A stretch of DNA of 64,000 nt. Source: Candidatus Latescibacterota bacterium. GTDB taxonomy: Bacteria > Latescibacterota > UBA2968 > UBA8231. Below are positions 49,157 through 59,402 of this stretch, piece after piece. The first letter of the stretch is position 1, and every line of letters starts with the position of its first letter. Location of the stretch: contig CBDCNM010000001.1 in NCBI GenBank assembly GCA_965219385.1, positions 360,631 through 424,630 on the forward strand. The letters run 5' to 3'. A model generated the notes under the pieces. It was not told the DNA's origin, did not search any database, and saw only the letters and a program-made list of their open reading frames with translations. A program made the translations under genes and the position numbers.

Positions 49157-49430
49157 CCGGGCAAGCTCCTTCGGCAGTGTTCGCAGTACGGGTTTGTTGC
49201 CTGTCGGCACGTAGCGGGGGTCAACCCGGTACTGGAGGGCCCTTGAGGGCGCACCAGGCCGTACGGCCGGCGGAGGAGGCAGTCGCCAAGGACGTCAGGC
49301 GGCGAACTCGAACTGCGGCTGCGGCGGAGCCCTCGCCGGAGACCGGGCCGGCAGCCCGACCCCGACCAGCTAGCGACGGATCGAGGGCAGCTCGGCCTGG
49401 GCGGCGATGATCCTCAGGCGACCGCCACAG
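49157..49430 (+). repeat. Intergenic repeat family copy C
   Basis: Blocks shared with copies A and B in the same orientation; TGTCAAGG also at 49093. Confidence 0.75.
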
Positions 49431-49570
49431 GCAGCGCCTTCGCTGACGTCGACATCTTCTGGTTGTCGTGTCCTGGGCCAGGTTCGACCCGTCGCTGTCG
49501 GACTCCTTGAGAACATAGCCGCAAAGATATATATTATAGATATGAATAGATATAACAAGGAGGTATTCTA

Positions 49571-49810
49571 ATGGGCGCGAGATCCCACATCGCCAAATGG
49601 GGCACCAGCTTGGCCGTCCGCATCCCCAAGCCCATCGCTGAGCAATGGGGCGTTCACGAAGGCTCTGCCATCGAGATAGTCTCGCACGGTGACCAAGTTG
49701 TGATGCGCAAGAGGACCTATAACCTGGCCGACATGCTGGACCGGGTGACGGAGGACAATCTTCATCCCGAGTTGGGCACCGGTCCGGCCCAAGGCAACGA
49801 GGCATGGTAG
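49571..49810 (+). CDS. mazE: MazE/AbrB antitoxin
   Basis: KWGTSLAVRIPK, YNLADML, GPAQGNEAW. Confidence 0.92.
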   Translation: MGARSHIAKWGTSLAVRIPKPIAEQWGVHEGSAIEIVSHGDQVVMRKRTYNLADMLDRVTEDNLHPELGTGPAQGNEAW

Positions 49811-50148
49811 AGCGAGCGTATGTCCCAGGCACGGGAGACATTGTGTGGCTTACCTTCACACCTCAGGCTGGACATGAACAAGCCGGGCGTCGTCCCGCCC
49901 TGGTTTTGAGTCCGCGGAGCTACAACGAGAAAACGGGTCTGGCGCTGTTCTGTCCCATCACGTCTAAAGTTAAGGGCTATCCCTTCGAGGTTGCTCTTCC
50001 TCCCGCTAGTGCCGCTACGGGAGTCATCTTGGCTGACCAGATCAAGAGCTTGGACTGGCGAGCACGACGAACCCACTTTGCGTCTCAAGCCCCATCGCAC
50101 GTGGTAGGTGAAGTCTTGGAAAAGCTGACGGTCCTTCTCCCGGGGTAA
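49804..50148 (+). CDS. mazF: MazF endoribonuclease toxin
   Basis: PQAGHEQAGRRPALVLS, CPITS, KGYPFEV, DQIKSLDWRAR. Confidence 0.95.
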   Translation: MVERAYVPGTGDIVWLTFTPQAGHEQAGRRPALVLSPRSYNEKTGLALFCPITSKVKGYPFEVALPPASAATGVILADQIKSLDWRARRTHFASQAPSHVVGEVLEKLTVLLPG

Positions 50149-50165
50149 GAGCGCGGTTCTCGGAA

Positions 50166-51158
50166 TCACGTCCACTCAAATATCACACCCAACGCTTCTT
50201 GTGGATTGTCGGCGAGCATGGCGTAGGTGGTTTGGCAATCGGCGGGATTGGCGACGTGGGTGATTAGATCTTCGATGGGCAACTTGCCTGCGGCCATCAA
50301 GCGCAAGACCAGATCGCGGTCTCTGCTTTTGTTCCAGGGATAATAAATGTGTTCGTCGTCCGGGGTTTTGGGCTGATGCGCGCCGAGGATGGAGATTTCG
50401 CGCTGGTGAACTTCGGGTAGAAAACTTACTTCGATGGTGCCGCGCGGAGACCCCAGCGCGACTAAGCGGCCCCCTAGCCGCGGCAAAGTTAGGGCCATGG
50501 GATAGACTGCGGGGATGCCGGTTGCTTCGACGACTATATCGACGCCATCGCTCACGCAATGCTGGCGCACAGTTTCGGCGACATCGCCTGTGGTGTTGGG
50601 ATTGATGCAAACATCCGCGCCCCGATCCTTGGCTTTGCCCAGCCGGAATTCGTCCAGATCGATTGCAATGACCGGGAGTGCGCCGGCCAACCGCGCAAAG
50701 GTCGCAGCCAATTGGCCCACAATGCCCACGCCGGTTATGGCAACGGTCTCGCCCAATTCGGGACGGCCAACCCGATGTCCGTGCAGGGCAATGGCACCCA
50801 TGACCATGAATGCCGTGGATTTGGGCGAGACGCCAGCGGGTGCTTTGCGGAAATTGCCGGTCAGGACCGCGTGGCTTGCGTGGTTGCCTTGTCCAGCAAT
50901 GCGGTCGCCGGGTTGTATTCCCTTGACATCTTTGCCGACTTCGAGTACCACACCCGTGTTGCAGTAGCCGGTGGAGCGCGGGAATGCTATCGCACTCGCT
51001 GGTTCGCCGCCGTGGGTGTAGCCGTAGATTTCCGTGCCAACGCTTACGGCGGTGTAGTCGTTTTGCACCAAAATGCCGTGGTCGGGGATGCGCGGCAACT
51101 CAAAGTCCGCCAATTCGATCCGCCGGATGTCTGTGCACATTAATCGCTGTGGTTTCAC
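50166..51158 (-). CDS. Zinc-binding/MDR alcohol dehydrogenase
   Basis: VSVGTE, GVGIVG Rossmann motif, VEATG. Confidence 0.85.
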   Translation of the reverse strand: MKPQRLMCTDIRRIELADFELPRIPDHGILVQNDYTAVSVGTEIYGYTHGGEPASAIAFPRSTGYCNTGVVLEVGKDVKGIQPGDRIAGQGNHASHAVLTGNFRKAPAGVSPKSTAFMVMGAIALHGHRVGRPELGETVAITGVGIVGQLAATFARLAGALPVIAIDLDEFRLGKAKDRGADVCINPNTTGDVAETVRQHCVSDGVDIVVEATGIPAVYPMALTLPRLGGRLVALGSPRGTIEVSFLPEVHQREISILGAHQPKTPDDEHIYYPWNKSRDRDLVLRLMAAGKLPIEDLITHVANPADCQTTYAMLADNPQEALGVIFEWT

Positions 51159-51323
51159 GGCTGTTTCCTCTGTGAACTCCTCTTTGCTCTGAAAATCAAT
51201 CGCAAATGGACGTAGTGCGATCAGCCTGGTCAATTATACTCGGCCCAACGACTCGACTGGGAGCTATGCCGCCACCTTAAAGGTCGGGCAACGCCAAGAG
51301 CCAGCGCAATGATCGCCGACCGG

Positions 51324-52292
51324 CTAGATAGTCACCTCGCCGAACATCGGATAGTAACGGTAGAAACGATGATACGCTGCAATTTGGGATGGTTTCAGAC
51401 GAAATCCAAGCTCCGAAACTTCGGGCTCGGTAGGTGACGAGTCGCAAGGCATCAACTGATCTAGTGAGGCTTTTTCTTTTAGGGTTAGGGGCGGGACACC
51501 GATGGATAGCTGCCTGTTCTCGTCCATTGGCTCGGTACTGTTCTTGGTTTCGAAGATCTCGGCGGTTTTTTGGGCATACTGCTCGTCTGCGATGACAGCA
51601 CCGACCGTTACCATGGGTGCGTTATCTTGGTACTTAATGTTAAATATGGGCACTATATTGTCGTTACTCCGTCCTGCTATGCGTACTTGTCGGTGCATAT
51701 GCGTAAAAAGCAGGGATGCGAGGAAAGCTGGATATTTTGAGGCCTGCATAGCTCCCTTGGGTAGAGTTTGCGGGATTAAATCGCCTGCGACATGATGCAA
51801 CTTCTCTTGATCATCTTCAAACTCCCGTCCGTCCGCATCTTGGTTCGGCAAGCTTCCCTTGTGAGCGTTGATCGTCACAATCAAAAGGCTACCGGTCAAG
51901 GCGTATTGGCACAGAGTCGTAAGATCCTTTAAGACAGGCCCATCGATGCTTGTATCGTAATCGAGCCAGACGAGAAGTTTCTTTTCTTCGAATTTAAGGC
52001 GGGGCAACACGTCGACACTTTCGCCGGGTTCAACGCTGACACACGCATATGGCTTATTGAATTTCGCACGGCTGGCTAGATACTCGTCTTCTTCGATCGA
52101 AATCATGTCCGTGATAGACAGGTATTTGTGAGCAAGTACGAAATCGACGAACCACAAAGCACCAAACCCAATGTATCTGTATCCAGCGAAGTTATAGGCT
52201 GGCGTAAGACGGACTAAGGAATCGAATACGATCTTGCGCTCTACCGTCTTGTTCGGCCTAATAGCATAATTGACGTAGTCAGCAGACGCCAT
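51324..52292 (-). CDS. Putative SAM-dependent O-methyltransferase-like protein
   Basis: NYAIRPNKTVERK, YIGFGALWFVDF, MISIE, VWLDYD, YQDNAPM. Confidence 0.65.
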   Translation of the reverse strand: MASADYVNYAIRPNKTVERKIVFDSLVRLTPAYNFAGYRYIGFGALWFVDFVLAHKYLSITDMISIEEDEYLASRAKFNKPYACVSVEPGESVDVLPRLKFEEKKLLVWLDYDTSIDGPVLKDLTTLCQYALTGSLLIVTINAHKGSLPNQDADGREFEDDQEKLHHVAGDLIPQTLPKGAMQASKYPAFLASLLFTHMHRQVRIAGRSNDNIVPIFNIKYQDNAPMVTVGAVIADEQYAQKTAEIFETKNSTEPMDENRQLSIGVPPLTLKEKASLDQLMPCDSSPTEPEVSELGFRLKPSQIAAYHRFYRYYPMFGEVTI

Positions 52293-52293
52293 G

Positions 52294-53616
52294 CTACTCC
52301 TCCCCTTCCACTTCATTCTCCATGAAATACTCGAAGGTTTTTTCTCCAACTCCTCTGTATGACATGCGCGCGTTTCCGAACGCTTTGGCTACCTTTTTCA
52401 CTTCAGCTTGGGGTTTCTTATAAAGAATGTTGGCCATCTTAATGTGTGGCTTATCTGAAGTAGCTGGAACCTTGAACGTTTGATTTTCCTTAATGTCAAA
52501 GAACGCTACGGAGGAAGCCGCGCGTTCTCTCTTTTTTGCTTCGTCCAAATCGACCTTGCGTTGATTCGTGTATTCAATCCAAGGCTGTGTAGCCGCCTTC
52601 ATTTCCTTTAGGGCACGTCGATAGTGAAGTGAACTCCCGTCAACGTCACGCTTAGTTGTAGTCCAAGGAAGAAGATTCGGATTGTTTCCATGGAAGAGTA
52701 CCATACCCATAAAACCGTTGTACTGCGGATGCCAGCTAGGGAATCCCTCATTGCCCCATACGGTCCGGTGTGTCTTATCTGCTGCGAGAACAACACGATC
52801 ATTACAGAAAACAAACCAGCCATAGTAACCAGTCTCGACACGATTACTAGGTTCATTGCTGTTTGGCGGAGGTGCAGCCATTCCTGCGAGTATATCGACT
52901 TGTACGCCGTCCTCATCTTCGTAAGTTTTTCTGAACGGTTGAAACTCTTCTCCGGTCCTAACAGCGTATTGATGCCCGTTGACGGCTTCTCCATTGATAG
53001 AGATCTTGAATCCCTTTTCGATGAAACGCGAATAGTCGCGCGCAACGATGCGGGTTAAACGGTTAACGAAAGTAGGATCGGAGAATTCTTGGGCGATGCC
53101 GTTATACAAATTCTCGATTCGTATAACAGTGCCAGCGTCCTCGATTCGGTCAGCGTCATACATATCGAATTCCCAGAGATCATGCTGTAGCCAATTGCCG
53201 ACATCGATCTCACATCGGAATGCCTCTTTTGTAGTCGAGCTATGGATTTCGATGTTCTTTCCAATTTTCAGGATAGCGCGTTTCATTCCGATTCCGTAAA
53301 GCCCGATGGAAAAGCCTTCGTCGGCTGGCGCATCGGGACGGCGTCCGAAATGAAAAGCGTAGTCGATGGCGTCACTTATGCTGATCCCACCGCAATTGTC
53401 CTCAATCCTGAATTCTTGGGAATCAATATGCAATGCCGTGTGAAATTGCTCATAGCTTTCTATCATTTTGCCATCGCCATCCTTCGCTACTATCGTCCGG
53501 CGCGCTCCATCTAAACAATTGTCGACTAGATCGAGAATACAGTTCTCTAGGGATATGTCTTTCGTTATCATCCGTACGAAGAAGTCTTTGGTAGGCGAGG
53601 CATTAGCTTTATTCAT
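52294..53616 (-). CDS. GHKL/MORC-type ATPase (HATPase_c_3)
   Basis: ILDLVDNCLD, DNCGGI, IGLYGIGMKRA, GT-I, CNDRVV, LPWTTTK. Confidence 0.85.
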   Translation of the reverse strand: MNKANASPTKDFFVRMITKDISLENCILDLVDNCLDGARRTIVAKDGDGKMIESYEQFHTALHIDSQEFRIEDNCGGISISDAIDYAFHFGRRPDAPADEGFSIGLYGIGMKRAILKIGKNIEIHSSTTKEAFRCEIDVGNWLQHDLWEFDMYDADRIEDAGTVIRIENLYNGIAQEFSDPTFVNRLTRIVARDYSRFIEKGFKISINGEAVNGHQYAVRTGEEFQPFRKTYEDEDGVQVDILAGMAAPPPNSNEPSNRVETGYYGWFVFCNDRVVLAADKTHRTVWGNEGFPSWHPQYNGFMGMVLFHGNNPNLLPWTTTKRDVDGSSLHYRRALKEMKAATQPWIEYTNQRKVDLDEAKKRERAASSVAFFDIKENQTFKVPATSDKPHIKMANILYKKPQAEVKKVAKAFGNARMSYRGVGEKTFEYFMENEVEGEE

Positions 53617-53695
53617 CGGGTATACTCCGAATGAGAGGACTTGAACAACCTGTTTGGAAAGGGACAAAAATCGCCGCTACTCATGTGGGCGTCAT

Positions 53696-54943
53696 CTACG
53701 ATTTCTCGCTATTGAACGCAAGTTCTGCGTGGCGCTTCGGGATCACATCGTCGGGAACATCGTAGCGCTCTGCGGCCTGCGTTATAGTAAGTTTGAGCAA
53801 AGCCGGATCGTTGAGTCTGAGTTCCTTGGCGGGGATGCATGGGGTTCCACCAAGTGCGGCCATGATCCGGGCAGCAATAGCCCGTGCGAGCAATGGCGGT
53901 ACGGAATTACCAATCTGGCGAAAGCCGTGCCACTTGGTAACGTGGAAACGAAACCAATCCGGGTAGGAATGGAGTCGGGCCGCTTCTCGATTTGTAATAC
54001 AGCGGGGACTGTGGGGATGAATAGGCCGAGGGGATGTGAAAGCGCCCCGATCACTTGCGGTGCCGGAACGGATCGTATTGCAGACGCCAGCGGGGTTCAG
54101 CTTGTGAAACCGGCTGACAGGCTCGGTCTCACCGAAGGATGTCGCTACGAATCGCCGCCGGGATTTTTCGGTATGATCCGTCCGGAGGCTAGATGTGAGC
54201 AGAGTTCTATCAAAGATTCTCCGATATCCGAAGTCTTCGGGATCGTCGGTTAGGCCGCGCAGCTTGCGAGCATAAGCGGAGGGCTTGCCGAACCGCGCTT
54301 CGGTCCAGTCACGCTTGATCAGTTCTGGATACCGATCAGCCTCAGGCAGATCGCTGATCGCATCGGCGACGGCGACACGATCTTTTTTGGGTTCGGGGTA
54401 GCTAGGTAACTCTTGGCCCTTGCCTGCACCCACTAGGAAGAGGCGGTAGCGATTCTGGGGTACCCCGTAATCGGCAGCATTGAGAATTCTATACGGCAAA
54501 AGGACGCGGTATCCGCCCCGTTCGAAAGCCTCGATCATTTGTTCTAGGACTTGGCGGTGACTCCCAACGGTTAGTCCCTTCACGTTTTCGAAAGCAAAGT
54601 ACGCGGGCTGCAATTCGAGAACCAAACGGACAAAGTGGTGCACAAGGGAGCTACGGGGATCATCGAGCGCGCGCTTCCCTATCAGAGAGAAGCTTTGACA
54701 GGGAGCTCCGCCAAAAACAACGGCGATATCCTTGGTGCCTAGGCCCGACATGTGTCGAATGTCTCCGCCATGAATGTCGAGCATATTGCGGCAGATCGTC
54801 GTGCAATAGGGAAAATTGAACTCGTGAGTTGCACAATGGATGGGATCGATCTCAACGGCGGCCGCGATGTCAAAACCGGCGGACTCAAAACCGAGGCTGA
54901 AACCTCCGGCTCCCGAAAAAAGATCAATTCCGATAGGTCGCAC
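53696..54943 (-). CDS. dcm: DNA (cytosine-5) methyltransferase
   Basis: DLFSGAGG, GGAPCQSFS, FENV, PQNRYR, REAARLHSYPD, QIGNSVPP. Confidence 0.93.
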   Translation of the reverse strand: MRPIGIDLFSGAGGFSLGFESAGFDIAAAVEIDPIHCATHEFNFPYCTTICRNMLDIHGGDIRHMSGLGTKDIAVVFGGAPCQSFSLIGKRALDDPRSSLVHHFVRLVLELQPAYFAFENVKGLTVGSHRQVLEQMIEAFERGGYRVLLPYRILNAADYGVPQNRYRLFLVGAGKGQELPSYPEPKKDRVAVADAISDLPEADRYPELIKRDWTEARFGKPSAYARKLRGLTDDPEDFGYRRIFDRTLLTSSLRTDHTEKSRRRFVATSFGETEPVSRFHKLNPAGVCNTIRSGTASDRGAFTSPRPIHPHSPRCITNREAARLHSYPDWFRFHVTKWHGFRQIGNSVPPLLARAIAARIMAALGGTPCIPAKELRLNDPALLKLTITQAAERYDVPDDVIPKRHAELAFNSEKS

Positions 54944-55011
54944 GATACTTCCCCCTTTTGCGAACCACAAGCATCGGATTCTTATACAATTATACCAATC
55001 CAGCCGGGATG

Positions 55012-56387
55012 TCAATCATCTTTATCCGTGCCCTTGAGTATTGTTGTCTCCATGCCAAACACACGATCCAAGAAATCTAAAACGGGCATATCATTACTAG
55101 CCGGGAGATGGGTAAAATCCATGGAGGGGTATACACCTATCCCGCCTTTTCGGAACGCGGCGATTGCACCAGCCTGCACAAGAATCTGGTTCGGGGTATA
55201 GCCGTCCACCACAATATCTGCAGCGATGCCTAGGCTGTGTACGATAAAAGGTTTTTGAGCCAAATACGGATGAAAGCGAGTATGATCATCGCCTGATACC
55301 TGTCGGCGTGTTTTTCATATCGGGTGGCAATGCGTCGGTTTTCTTTGAGCCGTCCGATGAGTCGTTCCACCACATTGCGCTGCCGATATAAGTCCTTGTC
55401 GAATCCGATGGCCTCAGGGGGATACTCCCCCTGCCGATTTTTTCGATGGGCGATCACGGGCTTGGTTCGCCGTTGGCGCAGTTTCTCGCGGATGGATTGA
55501 CTATCATAGGCTTTATCACCGGCCAGGGCTTCAAACCGGGTGCGCTTGGGACCGGGTTTGCCTCCAATGGCCACTGAATCGAGCAAGGCGTCTACCTGGG
55601 TGGATTCATGCTGCTGACCCGGGGTTATGGTAACCGTGATGGGCTTGCCCGCCCCTTCACAAAGGACATGAATTTTGGTGGTATAGCCGCCACGGCTTTG
55701 CCCAAGCCCCTGTTTTTGAAGGCTTTCTTCACGGCTTATGGAAACACCATTTATGTTTTTTTTGCCCCGGCGGCTGCTTTATGCGCCCGAACGATGCTCC
55801 CATCGAGGGCGGCGAACGTAAAATCGATCTGATCCATATGGCGCGCTTGGGCTTCTAACGCATCCAGGATCTGTTGCCATAAGCCTTTTTGTTCCCAACG
55901 ACGAAACCGGTCGGCCCCCGTGCTCCAAGGGCCGTACCGGGGGGGCAAATCGCGCCAAGGCGCGCCGGTGCGTAAAATCCAGAAAATGCCGTTGAGCACT
56001 TGGCGATGACTCCGATAAGGGCAGCCCGGTTTGCCCGACCGTTCGGCAGGTAACAACGGCTTTAGCAGGGCAAATTCTTCATCGGTTAAGTCGTAGCGGG
56101 CCATCGGTATCCCCTCCTTCGATTCAATGGTTGAAAGAGAGTATACCACGTCCCAATACTATTTCAAGCAATTATCGTACACAGCCTAGAAGATGCTGGC
56201 TATTATGCCCCCCGCCCACCTTCTCGTTATGGTTGCGACATCGATAACCGCTATTGATGAGAATAGGACGGCCAAGCCTAAGCCGCAACTGTTCGAGGGC
56301 GTTGACGAGCGTCGGACCCACTGGCGCTGCGCCGCAGCACGGGCACTCAAATTCATATCGAGAAAAATGCTTGGTTAAATCTCCCAT
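55012..56387 (-). pseudogene. Peptidase M15A (endolysin-like) interrupted by IS5
   Basis: HFSRYEFECPCC, SGYRC..HN, SQHLL|GIAADI rejoined after removing IS and one TA. Confidence 0.85.
55233..56186 (-). mobile_element. IS5-family (IS427-like) element, 954 bp
   Basis: Perfect 15-bp IRs GGCTGTGTACGATAA, TA duplication, orfA 55751-56104 and orfB joined by -1 shift at A8 (55756-55763). Confidence 0.93.
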
Positions 56388-56446
56388 CTCCTTCTCCTAC
56401 AACAATTAAACGCAATATCTTCTCTTCTCTTCCGATTGCGACAATA

Positions 56447-57349
56447 AGAGCGTCTAACAAAACCCTTTGAGATAATTCCAACAGATGAGTATACATCCGA
56501 TGTCCAGAAAGGCCTCATGGATATCATCACGCCGCTCCCAGCGGACTCGAAGACGACGAAACGGATGCAACCACGCCAACGTCCGTTCAACCACCCACCG
56601 GTAGACGCCCAAACCGCTGCCATGGGCTTGCCCACGCCGGGCCAACACCGAGCCGAGGCCCCGTTGCCGCAAGGCCCGCCGATGCGCCGGCCAATCATAG
56701 GCCCGGTCGCCTTGCACTCGATCAGGGCGATGGCGCGGGCGGCCCACCCGACCGGCCACCGGGGGAATGCGGTCTACCAATGGCAACAGGTGCCTCACAT
56801 CATGCCGATGCGCCCCGGTCACACCCACCGCCAAAGGTATCCCCTGGGCATCGGTGATTACAGGATGTTTGCTGCCCGGCTTGCCCCGATCGGTTGGATT
56901 GGGACCGGTTTGCGCCCCCCCCTAACGGCCCGCACTGAGGCACTATCGACCACCGCACGAGACCAGTCGATCTGGTCAGCCGCACGCAGTTGGTTCAACA
57001 GGATATGATGGACGCTTTTCCAGACCCCCGCTTTTTGCCAAGCGCGCAGGCGGCGCCAACAGGTCATGCCCGAGCCGCACCCCATTTCTTGAGGCAGATA
57101 TTCCCACGGAAGGCCCGTTTTGAGCACAAAAACAATGCCGGTGAGCACGCTACGGTTATCTAACGGGGGACGGCCGCCTTTAGGGCTAGCTACATAGGGG
57201 GGTAAAACCGGTTCAATCAATTCCCATAATCCATCGTCGAGTACGGGCTTGGCCATCAATACACCTCCATACCAAGAGGATCGCATCAATACCACAGAGG
57301 CTAATATAGCTCAGCCTATACGCAATAGCAAGGTTTTATTAGGGACTCT
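56447..57349 (-). mobile_element. IS5-family element, 903 bp
   Basis: IRs AGAGCGTCTAACAAAA / AGAGTCCCTAATAAAA, TA flanks, orfA 56858-57256, orfB to 56454, -1 shift at G-run ~56915-56922. Confidence 0.9.
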
Positions 57350-57755
57350 TAGTACATGCGTAGGCGATGTCAAGCTGTGTAGGAAACTCTGCTTGTTCCA
57401 TAGTCTAGGAATACCTCCCTGTCGAAATAGAAAATCCACATGCAGAGACCTGAAGCACATCCGGCCATTGGTCGAATCAAGGTCTATAGCCGACATTTCC
57501 TCAACAATTTGTTCGTCTCACGCTGCATGGTCCGCCGTAACCACCCGGGTGCGCCGATTCCGTCAGGACGCCGAGTTCGATCCTGGACGGGAGCGGTCCG
57601 AGCCACAGGCCGATACGCTGGCCACGCGGCTAGGTCCTTCCAACCGTCACCTTCGTATGATTATGCTTCGACCTCGTGTGGATCATGCGGTTCTTCGCGT
57701 ATCAGTACGGAGTTTCGGCCTCGGCAGCCCCACCAGATATGCGCTCCACCTGCTC

Positions 57756-59311
57756 TCAGCAGTGGTTGGTGAAGCGGCGTTGGTCTTTGTGCCGGATATG
57801 GTGCATGTCGAATTCTGGCGATTCGTTTGCCGCGATTCCATCGAGGAAGTCGAGGGCCACGCGAATGGATTCGAGCAGGTGTTCTGCCATGCCTCGGGTG
57901 AGATTGCTCTTCACGACAATGCGGAACATACACGATTTCGCGTCCGCGTCGCAAAAAAGAGGGAGTTGCTCGCCCGACAGGGGATGTTCGAATCGCATCC
58001 GATAGCTGCCCACATACCAGTGATGCTGGGAAAGCACATGCTGCAGGTCAACATCGTCGTAGCCCAACTCGCATGCTGGATTTAGCCTTGCCGTCACCAC
58101 CGGCAGACAGCCCTCGTCGCCGTGGTCGAGCATTGCGAAGCGAGGTTTGCCGACGTGGGTCATCGCCCGCAGTCCGTCGCGCAGAAAGCGAGCGTTCTCC
58201 ATCATGTTGTCACAGCATTGGCGATAACCAGACATACCATAGTGAAGCAGCTTGTAGTACTGGCCGTAAACCCCCGCCGCCGGCCTAGAAAAATTCAAGG
58301 TATATGACTCCGCCTTGCCGCCGAGGTAGCTCACGGAGATGGCGACGTGCTCACTCAGGTCGGCGCGATGTCGCCAGACGATCCAACCCGTGCCGCAAAT
58401 GGATTCGCCGTACTTGTGCCCACTTGAGGATATCGACAACACGTTGCTGACGCGGAAGTCCCACGGAGGTAGGTTGTCTTGGAAAGGCGCGATGAAGCCG
58501 CCGGATGCGGCATCGACGTGGATGCCCACCTGATAGCCTCTTTCGGCGTTGATTTGGTCGATAACATCGCTCGCTGCTTGGACTGGATCGTAGTGGCCCC
58601 CATAGTGATTTCCCATGATGCAAACCACACCCATGGTCTGATCGTCGATCTGCTCGCGAACCTGTTCTGGGTCCAACGTGAATGTTTTCACCGATGGCTG
58701 GATCAACCTCGGTTCGACATCCATGTATTTGAGCAACTTTTCCCACGCCGCCTGAAAACAGGTGGTGATGATCAGATTCGGCCGTACCTGCAGGATTTGC
58801 TCCACTGTTTTCCCTTGGCGCTTTGCGTACCAATTGCGCCAGCGGAACTTCAGCGCTAGCCCGGCGAGCAGGCAAGCCTCAGTGGAACCGACTGTGCCCG
58901 CGCCCGGGAAGACACCGTAATCTTCGGACTCTGGGTCTTGGGGCAATGCCACAGGTTGGCGATCATGTTGACGATCGCGTCGTGCAGTTTATACGACTGG
59001 GGATATACCGTCTGGTCGGCGAGGTTCACCCGCAGACCCATGAGGGCGATGGCCTCCTCCTCTTGCTCGAGGGCGACGTTCACGTAGGAAGAGGTATTCA
59101 ACCTGTGATCGAAATCGAGCACATGCGCGTTTTCCACCATCAGCTTGACGGCCTCGCGATCCAACCCGGTATCGGGAATGCGCTGCAGGTTGAACCAGTC
59201 CCGTTGGACCAGGGGAGACCAGTAATAACCGCTTCTACTCGCCTGCGCCTGCGCCTGCTTTGCGCGAAGCTGCTCTACTTCTTGCCGTAAATGAGTTATT
59301 TCGTCCGTCAT
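57756..59311 (-). pseudogene. Glutamate decarboxylase-like PLP enzyme with one frameshift (~58935)
   Basis: NTSSYVN..NLADQTVYP..NLWHCP then GTVGSTEA, HVDAASGGF, SGHKYG in the -1 frame. Confidence 0.8.
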
Positions 59312-59402
59312 GGGTGCTCTCTCACTTCTATTTCTATTTTTATATTTAAGCGCTATATCGGTGCGGTTGGTTCCCTGTCGGACCGAGAGTGGGGAATGGC
59401 CA

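Noticed and set aside
57249..58085. 278-aa plus-strand ORF
   Set aside because: Spans an IS end and the antisense of the decarboxylase; no recognisable domain
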